From the NCBI GenBank assembly GCA_044359385.1, contig JBIKMG010000002.1, forward strand, positions 3,179 through 67,178: a DNA stretch of 64,000 nt. The letters run 5' to 3'. Under the pieces are notes generated by a model. It was not told the DNA's origin. It made no database searches and worked only from the letters and a program-made list of their open reading frames with translations. The DNA is from Coxiellaceae bacterium (GTDB lineage Bacteria; Pseudomonadota; Gammaproteobacteria; JAJRRL01). Position numbers and translations under genes: made by a program. Below are positions 20,063 to 29,753 of the stretch, one piece after another. Within the stretch, counting starts at the first letter, position 1. Each line of letters starts with the position of its first letter.

Positions 20063-20743
20063 CTAAGAGGTTGCGAGTAACAGCAATCGATGGGCTACAG
20101 ATTGGGCAGCATTTGCAATCTCACCGACCCACTGAATAATTTGATAAAGAAAGATCACATTAACCGGTGATAGTGTATCCTCGATAGCGAACAAGCTAGC
20201 CCTCAATTTGACTTGCAATTTATCGGATTGATCTTCTAACGCATCAATTTCTTTAACCATGCTTTCGACGAGTTCAATTTCTTTTCCTCGGAAACCCGAT
20301 TCTAGCAGCTCTTCTAGTTGATCAATGGTCGTTTTTGTTTTAGCACAAGTCGCAACATTGACAGCAATATAATTCGTGAAATTATCTGCAATGTTTTTGG
20401 GAATTGTCATCTTTCTACCGAGCATAAGGCCGGCAATGTCTTTGGTTTTATTCGCTAAGACATCTTGTGTCGAGATTAGATCCAGGACATCGCTGCGAGG
20501 AACCGGTAAAAAAATACTGCGCGGCAGATGAGTTCGCAAATCTTGTTTAATGTAGTCAGCCTGGTGTTCACTTTCTGATATTTGGTTGTAGAGTAGTTCA
20601 GCAGCGTCAAAATCAGCATGCTGGCAACACGCGATAAATGCGATAAGTGCATGACAGCAATCATGCACAGTGGCCATGTGTTTACGTAAAGGTCGTACGG
20701 GTGATTTCGCAAATACATTGAGAATGGAGCTTGTGTTTAGCAC
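20063..20743 (-). CDS. DUF47 / PhoU-like phosphate-transport regulator family protein
   Basis: PVPRSDVLDLISTQDVLANKTKDIA matches the conserved DUF47 core; about 226 aa. Confidence 0.65.
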   Translation of the reverse strand: MLNTSSILNVFAKSPVRPLRKHMATVHDCCHALIAFIACCQHADFDAAELLYNQISESEHQADYIKQDLRTHLPRSIFLPVPRSDVLDLISTQDVLANKTKDIAGLMLGRKMTIPKNIADNFTNYIAVNVATCAKTKTTIDQLEELLESGFRGKEIELVESMVKEIDALEDQSDKLQVKLRASLFAIEDTLSPVNVIFLYQIIQWVGEIANAAQSVAHRLLLLATS

Positions 20744-20791
20744 GGGAAATTCCAGTTAACTTAATGGGTTCAGTATAGGGAATATGCTTCT

Positions 20792-21124
20792 TTAGCTCAA
20801 GTCATCTGCATGATGGTTATGTAATTTTTTATCGTAATCATCTAATTGTCGACGAATATGGTCAAATGCGTTATCAATAGATTTGTACAGGTTTCCTTCT
20901 TTACTTCGTTTAGATATCAATTCTTTACCAGGAACCAATACCTTAATTAATGTTTGATAATGTGTATCGTCTTGCTGGTGGTGTCCATCGCTGCTGATAA
21001 CGATTCGGCAAGAAATGAGGTGACACGATAAGCGCTCAATTTTATCTATGTTTGAGTAAATATGCGCCTCTACTTCTGGAGAGTGTTTCACATCGCGAAA
21101 GGTGATTTGTGGTGTAAGTTGCAT
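20792..21124 (-). CDS. hpf: Ribosome hibernation promoting factor (HPF/YfiA family)
   Basis: 110 aa; MQLTPQITFRDVKHSPEVEAHI..; RBS TAGGAGG. Confidence 0.75.
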   Translation of the reverse strand: MQLTPQITFRDVKHSPEVEAHIYSNIDKIERLSCHLISCRIVISSDGHHQQDDTHYQTLIKVLVPGKELISKRSKEGNLYKSIDNAFDHIRRQLDDYDKKLHNHHADDLS

Positions 21125-21191
21125 AATGGCCTCCTATTTATCCGTGCCCTTATAAAAAGTATAGCCTATTTCCACGCGTTGCTACGCTCTA

Positions 21192-22028
21192 TTAGTGGTT
21201 GTCTTTTAGTTGCAGTGCGATGTTATAAACCGTGTTTTTTCTCTCGCCGGTGAGTTTGGCTGCGAGGCTAACTGCTTTTCTTAACGGCAATTCCTCGAGT
21301 AGTAATTGCAGTGTTTTTTGAACGAGTGCATCATTATTTTTTTGAGGCTTTGCTCCTGAAACGATGACGACATATTCACCTTTTTGAGAGTCGGGGTTAT
21401 TTAAAAACCAAGTGTTGAGCTCAGCTATGGGTCCTGTTTTTATTTGTTCGAAGCGTTTCGTGAGTTCACGGGCGAGGCAGACTTCTCGATCAGGCTCAAG
21501 CGTCTCAACAAGCGTCGCCATTAAATTAGTAATGCGATGTACGGACTCATAAAAAATAAGTGTGGCTGTCTCTTTAGAAAGTTGCTGTAGTTGCCGACTG
21601 CGTTTCTCACGCTGGGTGGTCAGAAAACCAATAAATCGAAACTCGGTTGCCGATAAACCTGAGGCGCACAAAGCGGTGATGGCTGCGCAGGGACCTGGAA
21701 TGGGGCAGATAGTGATATTTGATTTTTGTGCGAGTCGTACCAGCAAAGACCCCGGATCACTGATGAGAGGGGTTCCTGCATCACTGATGAGTGCAATGGA
21801 TTCGCCAGCAGTTAATCGCTGAACTAATTGGGTACTTTGTTCGCTTTCGTTGTGTGCATGATAGGATTGGCAGCGAGTATGGATGCCATAGTGGCGTAAT
21901 AGTGGCAGGGAGTGGCGTGTGTCTTCTGCTGCAATCAGATGAACAGCCTTGAGTGTTTCAACAGCACGGATCGTCCAGTCGTTTAGATTGCCAATCGGTG
22001 TAGCAACTAAATAAAGTATTCCAGTCAT
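21192..22028 (-). CDS. rsmI: 16S rRNA (cytidine1402-2'-O)-methyltransferase
   Basis: GILYLVATPIGNLNDWTIRAVETL..AAEDTR. Divergent from lpoA, as in the E. coli yraL/yraM arrangement. Confidence 0.85.
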   Translation of the reverse strand: MTGILYLVATPIGNLNDWTIRAVETLKAVHLIAAEDTRHSLPLLRHYGIHTRCQSYHAHNESEQSTQLVQRLTAGESIALISDAGTPLISDPGSLLVRLAQKSNITICPIPGPCAAITALCASGLSATEFRFIGFLTTQREKRSRQLQQLSKETATLIFYESVHRITNLMATLVETLEPDREVCLARELTKRFEQIKTGPIAELNTWFLNNPDSQKGEYVVIVSGAKPQKNNDALVQKTLQLLLEELPLRKAVSLAAKLTGERKNTVYNIALQLKDNH

Positions 22029-22076
22029 GATAAACTTCCCGTTGTTGCAAAAAGAACAATGCGATAGACTTCGATC

Positions 22077-23918
22077 ATGGAAACACATTACTTGAAGGTT
22101 CGACTGGGGTTGTCACTTTGTTTTGCCGGGTTATTGCCGGGTTGTCAGTTGCAACACGAGCAAGCAAGCCTGGCTTCCGAGCAGGTCATCGCGAAACGCC
22201 CCAGTGTAACCGCTGCAGACTACCTGCGGCAAGAAAAAAAGGCTGAGCCTGGCGACCAAGTTAGTTTGCTGCTGGAGGCTGCTAATGCCTCACTTGCGGA
22301 TGGAAATTCGAATCAAGCGAGCAGGTTGGCTCAAGACCTATCTAATCGTGGCTTAATGGGTGAGGCTGCTGAAAGACTGCAGCTTCTCCATGCTGCCCTG
22401 AATTTAGCGGACGAACAACCTCAAAGAGCACAATCTATTTTATTAAAAATGGGTGAAATAAATGCGTACGATTTAAATCGACAACGAATCCAATTATTAA
22501 TCCAGGCCTATCAAATGTTAGGTCAAAAATTAAAGAGTATTAAACTGCAGGCGCATTTATTGTCTCAAATGAGCAACACAGATGAGACAAACAGTGAACG
22601 GATGGAATTGTGGGAACAATTATCACGTCAACCGCTACCACAACTAAAGCAGTGGTTAGGAGAGGTTCAGAATTCTTCAGAAGTTGCAGGCTGGTTGCGT
22701 TTGGCCATGATTATGCGAGAAGAGGATGTCGCGAGTTCCGAGTGGCTTCACGCTTTAGCACAGTGGCGAGAAGCTTTTCCGAAGCATCCAGCCAGCGTAT
22801 TGATTCCCCCCCTAGTTAGTGCATCGGCTGAGACGAAAGCTCCAAAACGTATTGCATTAATGTTGCCCCTGACGGGTCCGTACGCTGTTCAAGGTGAGTC
22901 AGTTCGCCGAGGCTTTTATGCAGCCTATTTTCAGCAGCGTGAAAAACAAGGAGATCAAGCGCCAGTTTTGCAAGTATACGATACCAACGAAACTCCGATG
23001 GACATGTTATTGCAACGAGCTAAAGAACAGCAGGCAACTGAAATTGTTGGGCCTTTGCTTAAGAAAAATCTAGAAGCACTCTTGGAGAATTCACCGCTTG
23101 GAATTCCTGTGTTAGCACTTAACTCGATTGATAAAACAGTGCCTGGCGTCATTCAATTTTCATTCTCTCCAGAGGCGCTGATTGATCAGTTGGCGGAAAA
23201 AGTCGCGGCAGCCAAACGATGGCGAGTTGCGATCCTTGTACCGAATACGGCAAGTGGAGAACGTTTGTTGGATCGCTTTCGCGCCGATTGGAGTTATTAC
23301 CGGGGTGATGTGGTTGGGGTGTTTCGGTATGATAAAGTTTCAGGTTATGATGCGGGCATCCAGCACCTACTAAATAGGGATCAAGCTAAGGTCCGTGAGG
23401 ATGAATTGCAGCGTCTATTGGGTAAAAAGTTGCGTATTATGGCAAATACTAGGCAGGATATAGATGCTTTTGTGCTGATTGGTGAACGATCGGTTGCTCA
23501 ATCCTTAAGGCCTCTGTTGAGTTTTTATTTTGCGGGAAATCTGCCGGTCTATACGACATCTCAATTGATTGACAATCCCTCTGAACAATCCGGTCTGACA
23601 GATTTAAATGGGGTTCAATTTTTAGCGACACCGTGGCAAGCTATGTCCACAGAAACGATTCCCTTGAAAATTGGAAAAATACGTGCTCAGTTACAGCAGG
23701 CTTGGCCGGATGCAGCAAGGAAAAATGGCGTATTTTATGCGATGGGTGTCGATGCTTATTTTCTTTTAGAGCGATTATCGATGTTACAATCGATGCCACA
23801 CTTCTCCTACTTTGGAGAGACGGGTGTACTGACAATAGATCCAAATCAGCGAATATACCCTCGTTTGTTGTGGCTGAAGTTAATAGGTGGAAAACCAGAG
23901 TTGTTGAATCATGGTTAA
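22077..23918 (+). CDS. lpoA: Penicillin-binding protein activator LpoA (lipoprotein)
   Basis: Lipobox LLPGC. TPR-like N-terminal half and periplasmic-binding-like C-terminal half. Conserved position upstream of yraN-diaA-dolP. Confidence 0.7.
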   Translation: METHYLKVRLGLSLCFAGLLPGCQLQHEQASLASEQVIAKRPSVTAADYLRQEKKAEPGDQVSLLLEAANASLADGNSNQASRLAQDLSNRGLMGEAAERLQLLHAALNLADEQPQRAQSILLKMGEINAYDLNRQRIQLLIQAYQMLGQKLKSIKLQAHLLSQMSNTDETNSERMELWEQLSRQPLPQLKQWLGEVQNSSEVAGWLRLAMIMREEDVASSEWLHALAQWREAFPKHPASVLIPPLVSASAETKAPKRIALMLPLTGPYAVQGESVRRGFYAAYFQQREKQGDQAPVLQVYDTNETPMDMLLQRAKEQQATEIVGPLLKKNLEALLENSPLGIPVLALNSIDKTVPGVIQFSFSPEALIDQLAEKVAAAKRWRVAILVPNTASGERLLDRFRADWSYYRGDVVGVFRYDKVSGYDAGIQHLLNRDQAKVREDELQRLLGKKLRIMANTRQDIDAFVLIGERSVAQSLRPLLSFYFAGNLPVYTTSQLIDNPSEQSGLTDLNGVQFLATPWQAMSTETIPLKIGKIRAQLQQAWPDAARKNGVFYAMGVDAYFLLERLSMLQSMPHFSYFGETGVLTIDPNQRIYPRLLWLKLIGGKPELLNHG

Positions 23919-24270
23919 ATGGCTTAGGCGCGATCTAGGGCGTCTTGCCGAACGAAAGGCCGGTGCTTATTTGAAGCGACAGGGCTTGGACTTGGTCGAA
24001 TACAATTTTTTGTCCCGGTTTGGTGAAATTGATATTGTATTGAAAGAGGGTGAGCAATGGGTTTTTGTAGAGGTTCGTTCACGGGCTAAACAGAGCTTTA
24101 TGCGCCCAGAGGAGTCGATCAATCAAGCGAAACAACGACGGCTTTGGTTGACCGGACAGGCGTATTTACAGCGATTACCCCTGGGTGAGCAGGCATCAGC
24201 CCGATTTGATGTTGTGACAATTTTACTGGGTCATATTAACTGGATAAAAAACGCCTTCATTTTGAATTGA
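23911..24270 (+). CDS. yraN: UPF0102 family endonuclease YraN
   Basis: 119 aa, ..GEIDIV..FVEVR..; overlaps lpoA by 8 nt. Confidence 0.8.
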   Translation: MVKWLRRDLGRLAERKAGAYLKRQGLDLVEYNFLSRFGEIDIVLKEGEQWVFVEVRSRAKQSFMRPEESINQAKQRRLWLTGQAYLQRLPLGEQASARFDVVTILLGHINWIKNAFILN

Positions 24271-24296
24271 TTTTATCCAGTATGGTGTCAGAATAG

Positions 24297-24926
<630 letters not shown>

Positions 24927-25499
24927 GTGGTGGCTAAAAAACTGATTTTGCTTATGTGTTTATGGCTGCCTTTGTCGGGTTGTATTCCTGTTGCAATGGT
25001 AGCGGGTGCTACTATAGGTGGCGCTATTATATATGATAAGCGTAGCTTCAAAACTATTACCAAGGATAATCAAGCAGCGATAAAAGCAACGAAACGCATT
25101 CGCAATCAAAACAATCTAAGAGGAAAGGCTCAGGTCAAGGTTAGTGTTTTTAATGGAATAGGGTTAGTGGTTGGTTCAGCGACATCTAAACAAGAAAGAG
25201 AAGAGATTGGGGAGTTGGTTGCAACAACACCCAATATTCGTCGCGTGTACAATGAAGTGGTTATTAGTGATACGATCAATAGTGCGGCTAATTTAAGCGA
25301 TGCGTGGTTAGCGAGTAGGGTTCGAACGTGTTTGTTGTTAAAGCCGGGTTTACAGTCCAGCAACATTAAAATTATCACAGAGGGTGGGGTAGTTTATTTG
25401 ATGGGGATGCTGAGCCAAAAGCAAGCGAGATTAGCTGCGAATGCGACGAGTCAGATTTCGGGTGTAAAAAAAGTAGTTAAAGTTTTTGAGTACGATTAG
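24927..25499 (+). CDS. dolP: Division/outer-membrane lipoprotein DolP (YraP), two BON domains
   Basis: Lipoprotein signal ..LPLSGC; conserved position after diaA; GTG start. Confidence 0.75.
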   Translation: MVAKKLILLMCLWLPLSGCIPVAMVAGATIGGAIIYDKRSFKTITKDNQAAIKATKRIRNQNNLRGKAQVKVSVFNGIGLVVGSATSKQEREEIGELVATTPNIRRVYNEVVISDTINSAANLSDAWLASRVRTCLLLKPGLQSSNIKIITEGGVVYLMGMLSQKQARLAANATSQISGVKKVVKVFEYD

Positions 25500-25560
25500 G
25501 GAAGCAACTCCCCGCGAGAACCATTCGGGTTCTCGGGAGTTTCTGCAATTAGGAGGTAAA

Positions 25561-26268
25561 ATGGACGGATTTGCAGGCAATAGTTTAAGTGGGATTGCGG
25601 GTGTCGTACTACTGATTGTTCTCCCACTTATTTTCTCGATTACCTTGCATGAAGCAGCGCATGGGTGGGTGGCTAAAATTTTAGGCGATAAAACAGCTTA
25701 TATGCTAGGGCGTGTCTCATTGAATCCTATTCGTCACATTAGTTTGTTTGGGACTCTTGTGTTGCCTCTAGTGATGATCATTGTTTCAATGATGTCGGTT
25801 GGCGTTCCATTTTTTTTTGGTTGGGCAAAACCAGTACCGATTAATGGGAGAAATTTCAAAAATTTACGGCGCGATAAAGCACTGGTTGCTTTAGCGGGCC
25901 CAGCTGCCAATATAGCGATGGCATTTTTTTGGGGCTTGATTGCTATGCTGTCATTAAGTGGTTTGCAAAGTGATTCAGGCTTTGCTCAAGATGCGGCTAG
26001 ATATTTTTATATGGCAGGAGAATTTGGAGTCATGATTAATATTGTGCTGGCTTTTTTAAACTTAATACCAATACCGCCACTCGATGGATCGCGAGTCGTT
26101 AGTTCTCTTATTCCGAATCGATGGAGCTACTATTATGATCGCATTGAACCTTATGGTATGTGGATTTTATTAGCATTAATTTTTCTGGGTGGTTTACGCT
26201 ACATCTTATACCCACCGGTTAACTGGGTAATACGTCAAATATTAAGTTTTTTTGGATTGTCATCATAG
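25561..26268 (+). CDS. Site-2 protease family (M50) membrane metalloprotease
   Basis: HEAAHG (HExxH) within a TM helix. Multi-pass membrane protein. RBS AGGAGG 7 nt upstream of the ATG at 25561. Confidence 0.7.
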   Translation: MDGFAGNSLSGIAGVVLLIVLPLIFSITLHEAAHGWVAKILGDKTAYMLGRVSLNPIRHISLFGTLVLPLVMIIVSMMSVGVPFFFGWAKPVPINGRNFKNLRRDKALVALAGPAANIAMAFFWGLIAMLSLSGLQSDSGFAQDAARYFYMAGEFGVMINIVLAFLNLIPIPPLDGSRVVSSLIPNRWSYYYDRIEPYGMWILLALIFLGGLRYILYPPVNWVIRQILSFFGLSS

Positions 26269-26336
26269 ATCTAGCCGTTCGTCTCGTCGAAAAGTACGCG
26301 TTGTTATGCTTATTGGGCACATCGCTGAATAAAGCG

Positions 26337-26717
26337 CTACTTAACTATTCTCAAAGTAGCTTTTCCCTTAGGCTCAGGAGCTTTGGGCGGGGGCTCTAGT
26401 TCTGTTTCTTCCTCAAAAACGATACCCTGACCATTTTCGGCGGCATAGATTGCTTGCACGGAACGTATTGGAACAAAAACCTCAAAGGGAATGCTGTTGA
26501 AAGTTGCAGCAAATTCAATACGATCATTAGTCATATTCAGTTGGTTAACGGCGTCGTAAGCAATATTTAAAACAATTTGACCATTTTTAACGTACTCTAA
26601 AGGAACATATGTTCCTGGGATTTTTGTGTTGACAGCGATATAGGGCGTGAGCTTGTTATCTGTAATCCATTCGTATAACGCACGTAGAATATACGGTTTA
26701 TTGGAGGTCATGCTCAT
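26337..26717 (-). CDS. sspB: ClpXP adaptor / stringent starvation protein B
   Basis: KPYILRALYEWITDNKLTPYIAV..; C-terminal LRIVK ClpX-binding tail. Confidence 0.85.
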   Translation of the reverse strand: MSMTSNKPYILRALYEWITDNKLTPYIAVNTKIPGTYVPLEYVKNGQIVLNIAYDAVNQLNMTNDRIEFAATFNSIPFEVFVPIRSVQAIYAAENGQGIVFEEETELEPPPKAPEPKGKATLRIVK

Positions 26718-26724
26718 ATGGGCC

Positions 26725-27348
26725 TTACTCCCTAACTTCCCTTTCTGCGTCGCTTAAGCTCGCTTGAAATGATTCACGAGAAAAAACTCGATCCATATAA
26801 TGGAATATGGCTTTTGCATTTCGACTTAACTTAACGCGAAGTAAGGGGAGTCGCCATAGAAGTGGGGCGATGCAGCAGTCCACCAGTGTAAATTCGCTGC
26901 TTAAAAAATAGGGTGAGCTTGCAAAAACAGGTGCAACGGTTGTCAGTGAGTCAGATAGTACTTTTCTGGCTTTATCTGCCGCTTCGGGATTGCCAGTTTT
27001 GATAATGTTGACTTGAGAATACCAGTCATTATTTATTCGGTACATCATCAAGCGGCTTTTTGCCCGAGAAACAGGATAAACAGGTAGAAGAGGTGGATGA
27101 GGAAAACGTTCATCCAGGTACTCCATAATGGTGTTTGCTTGATATAAAACGAGTTCGCGATCCACTAAGGTGGGCAAGGTGTTATAGGGGTTTATTTCAG
27201 CTAACTCTTCGGGTGGTGTATCGCAGCTGGTTGTTAGTATATCAACGCTGACACCTTTCTCAGCCAAAACAATGCGAACTTGATGGCAGTATGGATCTAG
27301 TGGGTCAGAGTACAAACCCATGATTCCTCGTTTCAATATGGTGGCCAT
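26725..27348 (-). CDS. sspA: Stringent starvation protein A (GST-like)
   Basis: Collinear with E. coli SspA (..HQVRIVLAEKGVS ... PTLVDREL ... IMEYLDERFPHPPL..). Confidence 0.88.
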   Translation of the reverse strand: MATILKRGIMGLYSDPLDPYCHQVRIVLAEKGVSVDILTTSCDTPPEELAEINPYNTLPTLVDRELVLYQANTIMEYLDERFPHPPLLPVYPVSRAKSRLMMYRINNDWYSQVNIIKTGNPEAADKARKVLSDSLTTVAPVFASSPYFLSSEFTLVDCCIAPLLWRLPLLRVKLSRNAKAIFHYMDRVFSRESFQASLSDAEREVRE

Positions 27349-27424
27349 AGCATGTTGTCCTAACTAAAAAGGCACCTTGAGGGCACGAGAAAAGTGCACA
27401 AGCCCCGATGCCTTGTGAAATACA

Positions 27425-27940
27425 CTAACGCTTTGAAAACTGAATTTTTTTGCGAGCTTTGTGAAAGCCGAATTTTTTCCGTTCAACCGTGCGTGAGTCA
27501 CGCGTAACAAAACCAGCTTGGCGGAGCTTTTTGTGCCATTGTAGCTGAACACCCTGCTTGCCAGCTCCGGTATCAGCATCAACTGCCTCTTCTTCCCCGT
27601 TAATTTCCAAGCTTGCGGATAAAGTGGCTGAAGTATTCACTACGTGATTTTCCGGCATAAATTCACGTTCAAATTTAACCAATGCGCGAGTAATGGCATG
27701 GCGTATAGCGCCAGCCTGTCCGGATGTTCCGCCACCGATAACGCGAATAGCTACGTCAAAGTTGTTGTCTTGGCCGAGCAGCTGAAAAGGTTGCCTAACA
27801 ACCATTTGTGCTGTCTCACGACCAAAATATTGTCCTAGAGTGCGTTTATTGATAGTAATTTGCCCTGTTCCCTTCTTTAGGTGGGCGCGAGCAACTGAGG
27901 TTTTTCTGCGGCCTGTGGCATGGATGGTTTTTGTAGTCAT
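27425..27940 (-). CDS. rpsI: 30S ribosomal protein S9 carrying a roughly 40-aa in-frame insertion
   Basis: [12 protein letters not shown] ... [19 protein letters not shown] ... [28 protein letters not shown]. The protein is 171 aa against the usual ~130 aa. The extra segment [43 protein letters not shown] lies between the conserved ALVKFERE and [11 protein letters not shown] blocks. Confidence 0.85.
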   Translation of the reverse strand: MTTKTIHATGRRKTSVARAHLKKGTGQITINKRTLGQYFGRETAQMVVRQPFQLLGQDNNFDVAIRVIGGGTSGQAGAIRHAITRALVKFEREFMPENHVVNTSATLSASLEINGEEEAVDADTGAGKQGVQLQWHKKLRQAGFVTRDSRTVERKKFGFHKARKKIQFSKR

Positions 27941-27975
27941 AGTCGTATACCTTCGTTGTTAGCTCTCATCTTGTC

Positions 27976-28404
27976 TTAAAGATCAATGTTTTCGGCTTGT
28001 TGAGCGTCGTGTTTATGCTCAGGGCCTGCGTAAACTTTCAGCTTTTTCAGCATTTTTCGGCCTAAAGGACCGCGTGGAAGCATATTTTTAACAGCCTTAG
28101 TCAGAATGTCGCAGGGTTTTTCCGCACGCATTTTAGCAAGATTCATGTCCTTGATGCCACCAGGGTAGCCTGTGTGGTGATAATAAACTTTATCTTGTTC
28201 TTTTTTCCCTGTAACAGCTATTTGGGCAGCGTTGATAACAATGATGTGATCGCCAGTATCCACATGAGGGGTGAATTCTGGTTTGTGCTTGCCACGAAGG
28301 CGTGCGGCGATTTTACTGGCTAGTCGGCCAAGTGTTTTATCTTTGGCATCAACCAAGAGCCATTTTCGTGAGACGTTAGCCTCATTTGCCACGTATGTAG
28401 ACAT
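27976..28404 (-). CDS. rplM: 50S ribosomal protein L13
   Basis: [16 protein letters not shown] ... [23 protein letters not shown]. Alternative upstream ATG at 28416. Confidence 0.88.
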   Translation of the reverse strand: MSTYVANEANVSRKWLLVDAKDKTLGRLASKIAARLRGKHKPEFTPHVDTGDHIIVINAAQIAVTGKKEQDKVYYHHTGYPGGIKDMNLAKMRAEKPCDILTKAVKNMLPRGPLGRKMLKKLKVYAGPEHKHDAQQAENIDL

Positions 28405-28884
28405 GCTTATACCCATACAGATTAAGGAAAAGGGCCTGATCTTACCTCACTCAATTTAATTACACAAGTATTATTTCACGGCACGAGGTTTGCGATTGAG
28501 GGCGCGCTGTCCTTGTTATCAGGGTGGGGGAGTCGTAAACGCGAAGGGCAGTAAAACTTTAATAGAGTTGATTAGGCGCATTCGGTAGGTGAGTTGAGCA
28601 AGAGAGGACAAGGTGTTAGCTCCAGGCTTTTTTGATCGAGTCTGTGCTCTTGGTGCTTAGTAGCTGCGTTTTTTAGGAAAAAAGAGTCCGTGGTTTAAAG
28701 CGTAGTGTGATTAAAAGGGTCAATGAAAAAGATTGTTGGAATAAAAGTTGCATTTTTTCAGGAAAAAAGTACCCACAGTGATAGGATTTTATTTGTTTTT
28801 ATGTTATTTTTCACAATTGGTTGTTCTCAAAAGCTATGAAGTTCAGCCTGCAATGTCCACAACAATAAAGAAGAGAGGGATCAA

Positions 28885-29373
28885 ATGCCTGTAAAAAAAA
28901 CCACACGCAAGCCAGCGGGAGAGAAGTCAGCTAAAGGAAAAATAGCTGTTAAGAAAGCAGTAAAAAAAGAAGTTGTGAAGCGTAAGCTCGTAAAAAAAGC
29001 ACATAAAGAAACCACTGCAAAAAACAAAGTGGTTAAACCAGTTAAGCCAGCCCCAATGAAAGTCATTACTGAAAAACTGACAGGTGCGCAGTTATACAAT
29101 TTAATTTCGGAGCGTACAGGTTTGTCTAAAAAACAAGTGGTTTCTGTTTTCGAAGGGTTGTCTGACACAATGGAAGGTTGCCTGAAGAAACGTGGCATTG
29201 GTGAATTTGCATTACCAAAACTTTGTAAATTTGTTGTAAAAAGTAAGCCAGCAACAAAAGAACGTAAAGGAATTAACCCATTTACGGGGCAAGAGATTGT
29301 GATTAAAGCAAAACCAGCTCGTCGTATCGTCAAGGTTCGTCCGCTGAAAAAAGTAAAAGAAATGGCTGACTAA
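28885..29373 (+). CDS. HU/IHF-fold DNA-binding protein with lysine/alanine-rich histone-H1-like N-terminal tail
   Basis: N-terminal ~70 aa are rich in K/A/V repeats (KKAVKKEVVKRKLVKKAHK..). The C-terminal ~90 aa match the HU fold (..LSKKQVVSVFEGL ... GRNPFTGQEI.I.A...). Strong RBS AGAGAGGGA. Confidence 0.7.
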   Translation: MPVKKTTRKPAGEKSAKGKIAVKKAVKKEVVKRKLVKKAHKETTAKNKVVKPVKPAPMKVITEKLTGAQLYNLISERTGLSKKQVVSVFEGLSDTMEGCLKKRGIGEFALPKLCKFVVKSKPATKERKGINPFTGQEIVIKAKPARRIVKVRPLKKVKEMAD

Positions 29374-29385
29374 GTTTGGTTACAA

Positions 29386-29422
29386 AAAACCCGTGTTTCT
29401 TTTGATTTCACGGGTTTTTTAT
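29386..29422. terminator. Bidirectional rho-independent terminator between the HU-like gene and the convergent hypothetical gene
   Basis: AACCCGTG-14 nt loop-CACGGGTT, flanked by an A-run on one side and T-run on the other. Confidence 0.7.
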
Positions 29423-29454
29423 TTGCAGAACAGTTCAGGAGCGTTCTATTTAGG

Positions 29455-29742
29455 TTAATAATCCCATTCTGTATCATCCTCGTTGTAATCACTCTCAGCT
29501 AGGAGCGAATCAATTGATTGGACTTTCTTTGATTGCGTTGTCCGCGCTTTTTCTGCGGCTAGATGTTTAGCGTGCTGTTCATATATTGTTTTTAAGGCTT
29601 GCGAGATATCAATTCGAATGCCACCCGTAGGGATTGTTTCGGTCCATTGGTAAATGTAATCGTGCAAGTCTTTTAGAAGATTTTGACGAGAGGGGCCTGC
29701 TTGGTGAAGTGTCTTCAAGCGTTCGTATGTGAGTGTTGTCAT
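29455..29742 (-). CDS. Hypothetical small protein with acidic aromatic C-terminus
   Basis: 95 aa; RBS AGGAA; C-terminus ..ESDYNEDDTEWDY; 12 nt downstream of the preceding gene. Confidence 0.5.
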   Translation of the reverse strand: MTTLTYERLKTLHQAGPSRQNLLKDLHDYIYQWTETIPTGGIRIDISQALKTIYEQHAKHLAAEKARTTQSKKVQSIDSLLAESDYNEDDTEWDY

Positions 29743-29753
29743 TGTGATCGTTC

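Noticed and set aside
21125-21191. Possible sigma54 promoter upstream of hpf (a gene often linked to rpoN)
   Set aside because: No GG-N10-GC (TGGCAC-N5-TTGCA) match in the spacer. Only a generic A/T-rich region with a TATACT-like -10.
28881-29333. 150-aa minus-strand ORF fully inside the HU-like gene
   Set aside because: It is a shadow ORF antisense to a gene with strong RBS, HU-fold homology and a terminator. It has a low-complexity hydrophobic composition and no RBS.
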